Source: Actinomycetota bacterium | GTDB lineage: Bacteria; Actinomycetota; Actinomycetes; JACCUZ01 | NCBI GenBank assembly: GCA_030841035.1 | Contig: JAVEDI010000054.1 | Coordinates: 5,048-69,047 of the forward strand | Direction of reading: 5' to 3' | Length of the DNA stretch: 64,000 nt | Part shown: one piece after another, positions 54,519 through 64,000 of the stretch | Layout of the letters: every line of letters begins with the position of its first letter | Position numbering within the stretch: the stretch's first letter is position 1 | The notes under the pieces: model-generated | Database searches by the model: none | Told to the model about the DNA's origin: nothing | Seen by the model: only the letters and a program-made list of their open reading frames with translations | Program-made: the position numbers and the translations under genes

Positions 54519-55921
54519 CAGGACCGGCCGTAGACCACGACGTCGCCTTCGTCGCTGCTGTCCTTGCTGATGCGCCGATTGAGGAACAGGCCTTCGAGGG
54601 CGAACTCGAGTGCTGCTGCGGCGAGCGAGGGCGTCTCGTCCCCCTCGTCGACGCCGAGCTGGGCCATGATGTGCGAGAGCCCGGGCAGCGGGCCGACCTG
54701 TTCGAGCAGCCGGTGCCCTGGCACCAGGTCGCCGCTCTCGACGACCAGTCCCTCGTCGAACTTCTCGAGCAGCCCGCGCAGGTCCGAGGCGCCGAGGCGC
54801 TGGCGGAACGTCTCCACGATCGCGCGGCGCAGCAGGTGGGTGAGGATCTCGGCCTCCCGGCCTTCCTCGTCGACCTCGAACTCCACCTTGCCGAGCAACG
54901 ACTCCACGGTCGGGGGCAGGTCGCAGACTCGCGCGACGGCCGGCGTCTCGCCGGTGATGGCGCTGCGCCGCAGCGCCGAGGCAGCCGTCGTCTCCGCGGC
55001 GGCGATGCCGAAGCGGGCAGAGACACCCGATCGCGCGTCGACCGCCGGCGACTCGCGCACGTGCCGCGTGAAGCGGGCGAGCACCTCCAGCAGGAACTCC
55101 GGCACCGGGGCTGCCAGGTTGGCTTCCTGGCGAACGACGCCGACCTCGTCGTCGAGCTCGAGGGGGTAGTGGGTGCGGATCTCCGCACCGAAGCGGTCCT
55201 TCAGCGGCGTGATGATGCGGCCGCGGTTCGTGTAGTCCTCGGGGTTGGCGCTCGCGACGAGCAGCACGTCGAGGGGCAGCCGCAGCACGTAGCCGCGCAC
55301 CTGGATGTCGCGTTCCTCGAGGACGTTCAGCAGCGACACCTGGATCCGCTCGGCGAGGTCGGGCAGCTCGTTGATGGCGAAGATGCCGCGGTTGGTCCGG
55401 GGCACCAGGCCGAAGTGCACCGTCTCGGGGTCCCCGAGGGTGCGCCCCTCGGCGACCTTGATCGGGTCGATGTCACCGATCAGGTCACCCACGCTCGTGT
55501 CGGGCGTCGCGAGCTTCTCGCTGTACCGCTCGCTGCGGTGCTTCCAGGCGACGGGCAGGTCGTCACCCAGCTCGGCGTGCAGCCGCTGGCAGCGCGTGCA
55601 CACCGGGGCGTAGGGGTGGTCGTTGATCTCGCAGCCGTCGACGACCGGAGTCCACTCGTCCAGCAGCTGCGCGACGGTGCGCATCAGCCGGGTCTTGCCC
55701 TGCCCCCGCTCACCGAGCAGCACGAGGTCGTGCCCGGCGAGCAGGGCTCGCTCGAGGGCGGGCAGCACGGTGGCGTCGAAGCCGACGATGCCGGGGAAGC
55801 GCGGCTCACCCGAGCGCATCTTGGCCAGCAGGTTGTCACGGATCTCGGTGCGCACGGGACGGTGCTCGTGCCCGGAGGCGCGCAGCGCGCCGAGGGTGGT
55901 GGCTCGTTCAGCGTGGGGCAT
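54518..55921 (-). CDS. AAA+ ATPase, ChlI/MoxR (Mg-chelatase-like) family
   Basis: Walker A GERGQGKT, Walker B/sensor region and Mg-chelatase-like C-terminal domain. Forms an operon with the VWA protein. Confidence 0.82.
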   Translation of the reverse strand: MPHAERATTLGALRASGHEHRPVRTEIRDNLLAKMRSGEPRFPGIVGFDATVLPALERALLAGHDLVLLGERGQGKTRLMRTVAQLLDEWTPVVDGCEINDHPYAPVCTRCQRLHAELGDDLPVAWKHRSERYSEKLATPDTSVGDLIGDIDPIKVAEGRTLGDPETVHFGLVPRTNRGIFAINELPDLAERIQVSLLNVLEERDIQVRGYVLRLPLDVLLVASANPEDYTNRGRIITPLKDRFGAEIRTHYPLELDDEVGVVRQEANLAAPVPEFLLEVLARFTRHVRESPAVDARSGVSARFGIAAAETTAASALRRSAITGETPAVARVCDLPPTVESLLGKVEFEVDEEGREAEILTHLLRRAIVETFRQRLGASDLRGLLEKFDEGLVVESGDLVPGHRLLEQVGPLPGLSHIMAQLGVDEGDETPSLAAAALEFALEGLFLNRRISKDSSDEGDVVVYGRS

Positions 55922-56144
55922 GTCCTCGACGGTACGTCGGTGCCGCCACCTTGCCCACCGCGCCCCGGCCCCGGGGCCCGGGCACCCTCACCCGCCCGAC
56001 GGCTGGGCAGGGCCCCCCGGCGGGCCGCCATGGCGAGGTGGTGCTTCGCCGCCCGTTGGATCGGCCGGGTGGGCGGACGGAACCACCTGCACGGCTTCAC
56101 GGCCTCGGTGCTGACCTTCGGCTGAGCGGCGTCGTCCGCCACGC

Positions 56145-57680
56145 CTACCGGACGTGGTCGGCCTCGGCAGGGAGGACGGTGGCGGGGGCGGCCTCGGCAT
56201 CGGCGTCGCTGTGGCCGCGCAGCGGCAGCTCCTTGATGAAGAAGGACAGCACGAAGGCGACCGCGACGACCGGGACGGCCACGAGGAACACGGTGTGCAA
56301 CGAGTCGACGAACGCCTGGATCACGTCGGCGCGCAGCGCGGGGGACAGCGACTGGATGCGCTCCGGGCTCTTCGCGAGGTCGCCACCGCCGGACGCGCCG
56401 GCGGGCAGCCGCTCGGCGAGGTTGTGGCTCAGTCGGTTGGACAGGATCGTGCCGAACACGGCGGTCCCGACGGTCCCGCCCATGGAGCGGAAGAACTGCG
56501 AGGACGAGGTGGCGACGCCCATGTCCCGGAAGTCGACGGCGTTCTGCACCGCGAGCACCAACACCTGCATGACGAGGCCGAGGCCGGCGCCCACCACGAA
56601 GAAGTAGATGCTGTAGAGCCACGCGGGTGTGTCGACGTCGAGGCGGGAGAGCAGGAAGATGCCGATCCCGATCAGCGCCGTCCCCGCGATCGGGAACATC
56701 TTGTAGCGCCCCATCGAGCTGGTCGCCTTGCCCGAGCTGATCGAGCTGGTCAGGATGCCGAGCATCAACGGCAGCATCAGCAACCCGGCCTTGGTCGGCG
56801 ACACGCCGTCGACGACCCGCAGGTAGACCGGGATGAACACGATCGCACCGAACATGGCCAGGCCGACGACGAAGCCGACCGCGCTCGTCACGCTGAAGAT
56901 GCTGTTGCGGAACAGCCGCAGCGGCAGGATCGGCTCCTTGGCGCGGCGCTCCTGGAGCAGGAACCCCACGAGCAGCGCCGCGGACATTACGAGAAGTCCC
57001 AGGATGCTCGGCGAGGACCACGGGTACCGTTCGCCGCCCCAGACCAGGGCCAGCAGCAGGGAGCTCACACCGCCGACGATGAGGGTGGCGCCGAGGTAGT
57101 CGATGGAGTGCTCGCGGCGCTGGAACGGGATGTGCAGCACGGCATTGACGACGACAAGCGCCACGATGCCCAGCGGCACGTTGATGTAGAAGATCCACCG
57201 CCACGACAGGTGCTCGGTGAAGAAGCCGCCCAGCAGCGGTCCGGCGACGCTCGCGAGCCCCCAGACCCCGCCGAAGTACCCCTGGTAACGACCGCGCTCC
57301 CGGGGCGGGATCACGTCGCCGATGATCGCGAAGGTCAGCGCCATCAGCCCGCCGGCCCCGAGGCCCTGCATCGCGCGGGTCGCGACCAGCTGCCACATGC
57401 TCTGCGACAGTCCGGCGAGCATCGAGCCGATGACGAACACGACGATCGCGAAGATGTAGACCGGTCGGCGACCGTAGAGGTCGGAGATCTTGCCGTACAG
57501 CGGTGTCGAGGCCGTCGAGGTCAGCAGGTAGGCGGTGACCACCCAGGAGAGCTGGTTGAGGCCGCCGAGCTGCCCGACGATCGTCGGCAGGGCGGTGGAG
57601 ACGATGGTCTGGTCCAGGGCCGCGAGCAGCATGCCCAGCATCAGTCCGCTGAGCACCACCATGATCTGACGGTGCGTCAT
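56145..57680 (-). CDS. MFS drug:H+ antiporter, DHA2 (14-TMS EmrB/QacA) family
   Basis: 14 hydrophobic spans. Start at [16 protein letters not shown]; the N-terminal 44 aa of the track ORF are rejected. Confidence 0.82.
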   Translation of the reverse strand: MTHRQIMVVLSGLMLGMLLAALDQTIVSTALPTIVGQLGGLNQLSWVVTAYLLTSTASTPLYGKISDLYGRRPVYIFAIVVFVIGSMLAGLSQSMWQLVATRAMQGLGAGGLMALTFAIIGDVIPPRERGRYQGYFGGVWGLASVAGPLLGGFFTEHLSWRWIFYINVPLGIVALVVVNAVLHIPFQRREHSIDYLGATLIVGGVSSLLLALVWGGERYPWSSPSILGLLVMSAALLVGFLLQERRAKEPILPLRLFRNSIFSVTSAVGFVVGLAMFGAIVFIPVYLRVVDGVSPTKAGLLMLPLMLGILTSSISSGKATSSMGRYKMFPIAGTALIGIGIFLLSRLDVDTPAWLYSIYFFVVGAGLGLVMQVLVLAVQNAVDFRDMGVATSSSQFFRSMGGTVGTAVFGTILSNRLSHNLAERLPAGASGGGDLAKSPERIQSLSPALRADVIQAFVDSLHTVFLVAVPVVAVAFVLSFFIKELPLRGHSDADAEAAPATVLPAEADHVR

Positions 57681-57739
57681 GTACGTCGGTGCGGTGGCGC
57701 CGGGCGCGGGGGTCGTCGGCTCGTGCCGTGAAGCAGTGG

Positions 57740-58273
57740 TCACGCGGTCGTTCTCCTCTGAGATCGGTCCAGGGCGGCGGGCATGGGCGGCGCGCTGAGC
57801 GCGTCGGCGCAACGGGTGAGGGTGGCCGCGAGCACCGCGCGGTCCTCGGGGCTCCAGTCGGCGAGCGACCGCTCGAGCCAGGCGTGCCGGCGCGCCCAGG
57901 CCTCGTCGAGGACCCGGTCGCCGGCAGGGGACAGGTGCAGGCGTACGGCGCGGCGGTCGTCGGGGTCGTCGGTCCGGCCGACCAGCCCGTGCTCCTCCAG
58001 CGACCGGGCCTGCCGGCTGACGGTCGAGATGTCGACCATCAGGTCGGCGGCGAGGTCGGAGAGCCGGATCGAGCCGTTCTCCCGCAGCCGACTCAAGATG
58101 ATGATCGCCTGCCGCTCGACGGGGTCGGCGTGCGCCGTGCGCCGCACCTGCTGCACGAGCCGGAACAGCCCGCGCAGCACCTCCTCGAGGGCCGGGTCGC
58201 TCGACGGCGGGCTCTGCTGGGGGTCATCGACGCGTGCCGCGCCGGGTGGCGTCGCCGTCTCGGTGGGGTGCAC
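57740..58273 (-). CDS. MarR-family transcriptional regulator
   Basis: wHTH ([47 protein letters not shown]). GTG start about 58273. Sits upstream of the DHA2 pump on the same strand. Confidence 0.72.
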   Translation of the reverse strand: MHPTETATPPGAARVDDPQQSPPSSDPALEEVLRGLFRLVQQVRRTAHADPVERQAIIILSRLRENGSIRLSDLAADLMVDISTVSRQARSLEEHGLVGRTDDPDDRRAVRLHLSPAGDRVLDEAWARRHAWLERSLADWSPEDRAVLAATLTRCADALSAPPMPAALDRSQRRTTA

Positions 58274-58385
58274 CCGGCAACCGTAGACTAATTGCCTGCA
58301 CCATGCAACTATCTTGGGACACGCTGCCGGTCCCGCCCGCCTCGCAACGGGACGACCACCCGGCGACCTGTCAGACTGCGCCGCG

Positions 58386-59633
58386 ATGAACGCGCACGTG
58401 ATCGGGTCCGGGCCGGCTGAGCGGCCGGCGACGGTGACCGTCGAGGACATCCGCGCCGCCCGCGAGCTGTTGCGCGGTGTCATCCGTGACACCCCCGTCC
58501 AGGGTTCCCAGCCGCTGGGAGAGCGGGTCGGGGGACCGGTCTGGCTCAAGTGCGAGAACCTGCAACGGGCCGGGTCCTTCAAGATCCGCGGCGCCTACAC
58601 GCGCATCGCCAGGCTCAGCCCCGACGAGGCGGCCCGCGGCGTCGTCGCGGCCAGTGCCGGCAACCATGCCCAGGGCGTGGCGCTGGCGGCGTCGCTGCGC
58701 GGCCTTCGCTCGACGGTCTTCATGCCCGAGGGTGCGCCCATCCCCAAGGTCGAGGCCACCAGGGCCTACGGCGCGCGGGTGCGCTTCCACGGCCACGCGG
58801 TCGACGAGGCGCTGGTGGCGGCACAGGCCTTCGCCGAGGAGACCGGCGCGGTCTTCGTGCACCCGTTCGACCACCCCGACATCGTGGCGGGCCAGGGGAC
58901 GGTGGGCCTGGAGATCCTCGAGCAGGTGCCCGACGTACGCACGGTCGTCGTGTGCACCGGCGGCGGTGGCCTGCTCGCCGGCATCGCCACGGCCGTGAAG
59001 GCGGTGCGCCCCGAGGTGCGGGTCGTCGGGGTGCAGGCCGAGGACGCGGCGGCCTATCCCGGCTCGCTCGCGGCCGGGCACCCGGTGCCCGTCCCCGCCA
59101 TGGCAACGATGGCCGACGGGATCGCGGTCGGTTGCCCCGGTCAGGTGCCGTTCGCGATCGTGCGCGACCTGGTCGACGGCATCGCCACGGTCAGCGAGGA
59201 GTCGCTCTCCCGCGCGATGCTGCTGACCCTCGAGCGGGCCAAGCTCGTGGTGGAGCCCGCCGGCGTCGCGGGGGTCGCAGCACTGCTCGACGCGCCCGAG
59301 GCCTACGAGCCGCCCGTCGTCGTGGTGCTCTCCGGCGGCAACATCGACCCGCTGCTGCTGATGCGGGTGCTGCGGCACGGTCTCGCGGTCGCCGGCCGGT
59401 TCCTGTCCTTCCGCGCCCGGATCACCGACCGGCCGGGCGCGCTGGTGAGGCTGCTCGCCGAGGTGGCGGCCGCCGACGCCAGCGTGCTCGAGGTCGAGCA
59501 CGTGCGCACCGACCCGCGGCTGCGGGTCGAGGAGGTCGAGGTGGCGCTGCAGCTGGAGACGCGGGGTGCCGAGCACCGCGACGAGGTCCTGTCCCGGCTG
59601 CGCGGCGCGGGCTACACGCTGGTGTTCGGCTGA
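58386..59633 (+). CDS. ilvA: threonine ammonia-lyase (threonine dehydratase)
   Basis: PLP-lysine motif (SFKIRGA), glycine-rich loop (CTGGGGLLAGIA) and C-terminal ACT-like regulatory domain. ATG 58386. Confidence 0.88.
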   Translation: MNAHVIGSGPAERPATVTVEDIRAARELLRGVIRDTPVQGSQPLGERVGGPVWLKCENLQRAGSFKIRGAYTRIARLSPDEAARGVVAASAGNHAQGVALAASLRGLRSTVFMPEGAPIPKVEATRAYGARVRFHGHAVDEALVAAQAFAEETGAVFVHPFDHPDIVAGQGTVGLEILEQVPDVRTVVVCTGGGGLLAGIATAVKAVRPEVRVVGVQAEDAAAYPGSLAAGHPVPVPAMATMADGIAVGCPGQVPFAIVRDLVDGIATVSEESLSRAMLLTLERAKLVVEPAGVAGVAALLDAPEAYEPPVVVVLSGGNIDPLLLMRVLRHGLAVAGRFLSFRARITDRPGALVRLLAEVAAADASVLEVEHVRTDPRLRVEEVEVALQLETRGAEHRDEVLSRLRGAGYTLVFG

Positions 59634-60313
59634 CCGCCGCAACCCGTGAGTCGCTCGACGTGGCGGCGCAGCCCGTCCAGCAGCGCCGCCAGACCGGTCT
59701 CGAACAGCTCGTCCCAGTCGAACGCCGAGGCGTCCACCGAGGACATCAGCCCCGTCGCGTGCGGGTAGTCCTGCGCCGGCACGCTGGCGAGCCGGGCCGC
59801 CAGGAGCTCCTCGGTCAGCTGCGTTGCCCGCACCGGAGAGATCCCGACCTGGCCGATCGTGGTGCCGACGACGAAGAGCGACACCGCGTTCACGACGTAG
59901 ACCGTGGTCAGGGGCCTCAGGCCCAGCGGGCCCATCGCCCGGCTCAGCCATTCCGCCAGCCGCCAGTACTCCGCGTGGCTCGCCGGGCGGGTGGCGAGGA
60001 CCGGGACCGCACCCGGATGGCGCAGGAGGGCCGCGCGCAGGGCGCGGGCGCCCTCGCCGAGCGCCTCCGGCCAGGACATCGCGTCGGGCGTCTCCGGCAG
60101 GCGGATGTCGGCGTACACCGCCTCGGAGATGCCGTCGAGCACCGCCGCCTTGTCCGGGACATGGTGGTAGAGCGACATCGCCTCCACGCCGCAGGCCTCG
60201 CCCAGGCGGCGCATCGACAGGCCCTCGATCCCCCGCTCGTCGACCAGCCGCAGCGCCTCGGCGAGCACGCGTGCGCGGGTCACCCGCTCGCGTGCCGGGG
60301 GCTGGCTGCTCAC
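59612..60313 (-). CDS. TetR-family transcriptional regulator
   Basis: HTH (RVLAEALRLVDERGIEGLSMRRLGEACGVEAMSLYHHVPDKAAVL). GTG 60313 is preceded 4 nt upstream by GGGAGG. Divergent from the ABC transporter genes. Confidence 0.75.
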   Translation of the reverse strand: MSSQPPARERVTRARVLAEALRLVDERGIEGLSMRRLGEACGVEAMSLYHHVPDKAAVLDGISEAVYADIRLPETPDAMSWPEALGEGARALRAALLRHPGAVPVLATRPASHAEYWRLAEWLSRAMGPLGLRPLTTVYVVNAVSLFVVGTTIGQVGISPVRATQLTEELLAARLASVPAQDYPHATGLMSSVDASAFDWDELFETGLAALLDGLRRHVERLTGCGGQPNTSV

Positions 60314-60344
60314 GACACCTCCCGGCCGGCTACCGCCTTGACTG

Positions 60345-60382
60345 GCCTTACAACGTAAGGCAGCCTCGACGTACATCGTACG
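60345..60382. promoter_or_regulatory. two palindromes in the TetR/ABC divergent region: GCCTTACaacGTAAGGC (60345-60361) and CGTACatcGTACG (60370-60382); putative TetR operators
   Basis: Read directly. A TTGACT hexamer sits at 60338-60343 immediately upstream. Confidence 0.5.
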
Positions 60383-60416
60383 GCCGGCGCCTGCCCGTCC
60401 GGAGGGGGAACTGCTG

Positions 60417-61436
60417 ATGCCCGACGCCATCGTCGCCGAGGACCTGGTGAAGACCTATGGCGAGCTGCGCGCCCTGGACGGCCTGTCGCTGGAGGTGCCC
60501 GAAGGCACCGTGCTCGGTCTGCTCGGCCCCAACGGCGCAGGCAAGACGACCACGGTGCGCGTGCTGACCACGTTGCTGCGTCCCGACTCCGGCAGGGTGC
60601 GGGTCGCCGGCGTCGATGTCCTCGCCGAGCCCGCCATGGTGCGCCCGCGGATCGGCCTCTCCGGGCAGTACGCCGCTGTCGACGAGCGGCTGACCGGGCG
60701 GGAGAACCTGGTGATGTTCGGACGGCTCTACCACCTCGGTCGCAAGGAGTCGACCGCGCGGGCCGCGGCGCTGCTCGACCGGTTCGGTCTGGGTGCCGCC
60801 GCCGACCGCGTCGTACAGACCTACTCCGGTGGCATGCGCCGCCGGCTCGACCTGGCGGCAGCGCTGGTCACGACCCCGCCGGTGCTGTTCCTCGACGAAC
60901 CCACCACCGGACTCGACCCGCGGGCCCGCGTGGACATGTGGGGGGTGATCGAGGAGCTGGTCGACGGCGGCACGACACTGCTGCTGACCACCCAGTACCT
61001 CGAGGAGGCGGACCGGCTCGCCGACTCGATCGCGGTCGTCGACCACGGCAGGGTCATCGCCCGCGGCAGCTCCGACGAGCTCAAGGACCGCATCGGTGGC
61101 GAGACGCTCGAAGTGGTCGTCGGCGAGGACCACCAGCTGCCGGACGCCGTCTCGGCGCTCGCCGCGGTGGGACAGGGCGAGCCCGTGGTCGACGCGCACG
61201 CGCGACGGGTCAAGGTGCCCGTGACGACCGGAGTGCGAGCGCTGATCGAGGCCGTCCGCCGGCTCGACGACGCGCACGCGAGCATCCTCGACGTCGCCCT
61301 GCACCGCCCGACGCTGGACGACGTGTTCCTCACCCTCACCGGTCGCCCTGCGCAGGAGAGCGCGCCCGCCGCCGGCGACACCGCCGGCGAGGACGCCTCG
61401 CCGGCCGACGAAGCGCAGGAGAGGACCTCCGCATGA
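60417..61436 (+). CDS. ABC transporter ATP-binding protein (DrrA-like)
   Basis: Walker A GPNGAGKTT, signature YSGGMRRRL, Walker B LLFLDEPT. Confidence 0.85.
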   Translation: MPDAIVAEDLVKTYGELRALDGLSLEVPEGTVLGLLGPNGAGKTTTVRVLTTLLRPDSGRVRVAGVDVLAEPAMVRPRIGLSGQYAAVDERLTGRENLVMFGRLYHLGRKESTARAAALLDRFGLGAAADRVVQTYSGGMRRRLDLAAALVTTPPVLFLDEPTTGLDPRARVDMWGVIEELVDGGTTLLLTTQYLEEADRLADSIAVVDHGRVIARGSSDELKDRIGGETLEVVVGEDHQLPDAVSALAAVGQGEPVVDAHARRVKVPVTTGVRALIEAVRRLDDAHASILDVALHRPTLDDVFLTLTGRPAQESAPAAGDTAGEDASPADEAQERTSA

Positions 61437-62227
61437 GCCTGGCCGGTGAGCTGCACGACGGGCTGATCCTCACCAAGCGCAGCCTGCTGCGCATCCCGCG
61501 GGTTCCCGAGACGCTGATGTTCGCGACCATCCAGCCCATCATGTTCGTGGTGCTGTTCTCCTACGTGTTCGGCGGGGCGGTGCCACTGCCCGGTGGGGCG
61601 AGCTATCGCGAGTTCCTGCTGCCGGGAGTGTTCGTGCAGACGATGTCCTTCGCCACCGCCGCGACCTCGGTCGGTCTCGCCGAAGACATGAGCAAGGGCC
61701 TCATCGACCGGTTCCGGTCGCTGCCCATCGCGCGCTCGGCGGTGCTCGTCGGGCGCACCACGGCCGACATGCTGCTGAACGTGTTCGTCCTCGCGGTGAT
61801 GGCGGTCTGCGGTGTGCTGGTCGGCTGGCGCATCCACACCGACGTAGGGCACGCCCTGCTCGCCTTCGTGCTGATCACGCTGCTCGCGTTCACGATGAGC
61901 TGGATCGGCGCGCTGATCGGCATGTCGGTGCGCAGCCCGGAGGTCGCCAGCACGGCAGGCATCGTGTGGCTGTTCCCCGTGACGTTCGTGTCCAACGCCT
62001 TCGTGCCGATCGGCGGCATGCCCGGGTGGCTGCAGACCATCGCCAACTGGAACCCGGTGTCGACGTTCGTCTCCGCGGCGCGCGAGCTGTTCGGCAACCC
62101 CAACCCGTTCGGCAGCGGGCTGCCCAGGGAGCACCCGGTCGTGTTGTCCTTCGCCTGGATCGTCGTGCTGCTGGGCATCTTCGTGCCGCTCGCGGTGCGC
62201 AAGTACCGCATCGCCACCAGCCGCTGA
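61433..62227 (+). CDS. ABC-2 type transporter permease (DrrB-like)
   Basis: 6 hydrophobic spans. ATG overlaps the ATPase TGA (ATGA). Confidence 0.8.
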   Translation: MSLAGELHDGLILTKRSLLRIPRVPETLMFATIQPIMFVVLFSYVFGGAVPLPGGASYREFLLPGVFVQTMSFATAATSVGLAEDMSKGLIDRFRSLPIARSAVLVGRTTADMLLNVFVLAVMAVCGVLVGWRIHTDVGHALLAFVLITLLAFTMSWIGALIGMSVRSPEVASTAGIVWLFPVTFVSNAFVPIGGMPGWLQTIANWNPVSTFVSAARELFGNPNPFGSGLPREHPVVLSFAWIVVLLGIFVPLAVRKYRIATSR

Positions 62228-62260
62228 CCGCCGTACGACGTGGTGCTACGGGCGCGGCGC

Positions 62261-62752
62261 TCAGCCGACGAAGGGCGCGATGTCCAGGATCTCGACGGAG
62301 ATCTTCTTGCCGCTCGGAGCGGTGTAGGACGTCGACTCGCCCTTGCGGTGCCCGACGATCGCTGTGCCGAGCGGTGACTTCTCGGAGTAGACCTCGAGGC
62401 CGTCACCGGCCACCTCGCGCGACCCGACGAGGAAGGACATCTCCTCCCCGGCCACGATCGCGGTCACGACGGTGCCCGGTGCCACCACGCCGGCGGGTGC
62501 GGCCGGGGGAGCGCCCACCTTGGCCGACTCGAGCAGCTGCTGGAGCTGGCGGATGCGTGCCTCGCGCTTGCCCTGCTCGTCCTTGGCGGCGTGATAGCCC
62601 CCGTTCTCGCGCAGGTCACCCTCCTCGCGGGCCTGCTCGATGCGCTTGACGACCTCCGCGCGACCCTCGCCGGACAGGAAGTCCAGCTCTTCCTTGAGCC
62701 GGTCGTAGGCCTCCTGGGTCAGCCAGGTGACGTTCTCGGTCGTCTCGGTCAC
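62261..62752 (-). CDS. greA: transcription elongation factor GreA
   Basis: N-terminal coiled coil with conserved acidic tip (REEGDLRENGGYHAAKDEQ) and C-terminal FKBP-like domain. Confidence 0.9.
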   Translation of the reverse strand: MTETTENVTWLTQEAYDRLKEELDFLSGEGRAEVVKRIEQAREEGDLRENGGYHAAKDEQGKREARIRQLQQLLESAKVGAPPAAPAGVVAPGTVVTAIVAGEEMSFLVGSREVAGDGLEVYSEKSPLGTAIVGHRKGESTSYTAPSGKKISVEILDIAPFVG

Positions 62753-62948
62753 GACGGGCTCCTGTGGTGGGGTATCGGTTGCAGCAGTGACGTGCGGATG
62801 AGGCGGTGCTGACTTCGAGGCTAACGCCGGACGGGTGGGTCGCGTCTAATCGGTCCTGTCTCAGCAGGTGCCGGTCACGGTGCTCGGTTTCACCGGTGGG
62901 CGGGGGCGAACGTCCCAGCCGGGTCCTCCTGGCGGTCGCCGGGCCGGC

Positions 62949-63362
62949 TCAGGGCGCGCCGGCGCGCTCCAGCCGACAGCCGACGAGCACGACCGTCACC
63001 GCGCGAGCCCGGGTGGTGACGACCGCCGTGGCCCGGCGGGTGCCGCCGGCGCCGGGGGGCAGTTTCAGCTGCCGGACGCCGACCGGCTCGCGGTTGCGGT
63101 CCTCCGCCTGCACGGTGCAGGTGACCGGCCGGTGGGAGGCGGCCGTCGCCTCCACGCTCACGCGCACCCGGTCCGCCCCCAGCACGCGGAACGAGGCGAG
63201 GTCGCCGCGTACGTCGGGGGTGGCCGCGCCGAGGGCGACCCACAGCACCCAGACGCCGAACGCCCCGACGAGGACCACGATCGCCGCGACCCCGCCGACC
63301 GGCAGCCGGGTGCCGCGCTCGTCGTACCGCCCGGGCGGGCGGCCGGGCGCGGAGTCGGGCAT
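62949..63362 (-). CDS. DUF4307-like membrane protein
   Basis: Single TM segment (VAAIVVLVGAFGVWVLWVALGA). Sits upstream of greA, matching the greA / membrane protein / mca order of mycobacteria. Confidence 0.5.
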   Translation of the reverse strand: MPDSAPGRPPGRYDERGTRLPVGGVAAIVVLVGAFGVWVLWVALGAATPDVRGDLASFRVLGADRVRVSVEATAASHRPVTCTVQAEDRNREPVGVRQLKLPPGAGGTRRATAVVTTRARAVTVVLVGCRLERAGAP

Positions 63363-63409
63363 GGGACCTCGTGGGAGCGGCCGTCGGTGCTGTCGGGGAT
63401 GATTGTGCC

Positions 63410-64000
63410 GTGAGCGAGCAGCTGCGGTTGATGGCGGTCCACGCGCATCCCGACGACGAGTCCAGCAAGGGCGCCGCGATGATGGCGCGATACGTCGCCG
63501 AAGGCGTCGACGTGCACGTCGTGACGTGCACGGGCGGCGAGCGGGGTTCGATCCTCAACCCGCGGCTGCAGCACGACGAGTCGGTGCTGGCCGACCTCGC
63601 CGATGTGCGGCGGCGCGAGATGGACGCCGCGCGCGCGATCCTCGGCGTCCGCCAGGACTGGTTGGGCTGGGTCGACTCGGGGCTGCCGGAGGGCGACCCG
63701 CTGCCGCCGCTGCCCGAGGGCTCCTTCGCGTTGATGGACGTCGCGGTCGCCGCCGCGCCGCTGGTGCGGCTGGTGCGATCCTTCCGCCCGCACGTGATGA
63801 CGACGTACGACGAGAACGGCGGCTATCCCCACCCCGACCACATCATGTGCCACAAGGTCGCGATGCACGCTTTCGAGACCGCCGCCGATCCCGACGCCTA
63901 CCCCGAGGCCGGCCCGCCCTGGCAGCCGCTGAAGATCTACTACAACCAGACGTTCACCAAGGCGCGCACCACTGCGCTGCACGAGGCGCTGCTCGCCCGG
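63410..64000 (+). CDS. mca: mycothiol S-conjugate amidase / MshB-type LmbE-family deacetylase (3' end lies downstream of the window)
   Basis: Translation from GTG 63410: VSEQLRLMAVHAHPDDESSKGAAMMARYVAEGVDVHVVTCTGGERG... (AHPDDE metal-binding motif). Not in the track because it is open to the window end. Confidence 0.8.
   Translation, partial: MSEQLRLMAVHAHPDDESSKGAAMMARYVAEGVDVHVVTCTGGERGSILNPRLQHDESVLADLADVRRREMDAARAILGVRQDWLGWVDSGLPEGDPLPPLPEGSFALMDVAVAAAPLVRLVRSFRPHVMTTYDENGGYPHPDHIMCHKVAMHAFETAADPDAYPEAGPPWQPLKIYYNQTFTKARTTALHEALLAR

Overview
This is a high-GC actinobacterial chromosomal segment whose gene order resembles Nocardioides or Mycobacterium. It is densely packed with conserved housekeeping genes in two blocks that match mycobacterial synteny: metG-tatD-rpfB-rsmA-ispE ... 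tRNA-Gln-glmU-prs-rplY-pth ... mfd-mazG ... eno-ftsB-like-DUF501-ppx, and then fadA-like thiolase/SGNH hydrolase/cbs ... metB ... greA/DUF4307/mca. Between and inside these blocks sit regulator/transporter pairs (MarR-tam, TetR-desaturase, MarR-MFS, MarR-DHA2 MFS, TetR-DrrAB-like ABC), two tRNAs (Gln-UUG; a Leu-UAA-like gene with atypical architecture) and an accessory stretch of about 14 kb between metB and greA. That stretch carries a GlmL-like ATPase, an F420/NADP-oxidoreductase-like gene preceded by a 23-bp tandem repeat and a hairpin cluster, and a ChlI/MoxR-like AAA+ ATPase, a VWA protein and a coupled small Zn-ribbon ORF. No CRISPR array, transposase, integrase or phage gene was seen. 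Many ORFs in the track are Arg/Pro/Ala-rich off-frame artefacts of the GC content and are ignored. Gene starts were re-derived where sequence context allowed (GTG starts, SD motifs, 4-nt GTGA/ATGA overlaps). The candidates most worth follow-up are the repeat/hairpin region upstream of the F420-like gene with the adjacent AAA+/VWA/Zn-ribbon operon, the coupled JmjC-cupin + sucrase/ferredoxin-like pair preceded by an acidic G/D/A-repeat mini-protein, and the atypical tRNA-Leu(UAA). None of them matches a characterised system.
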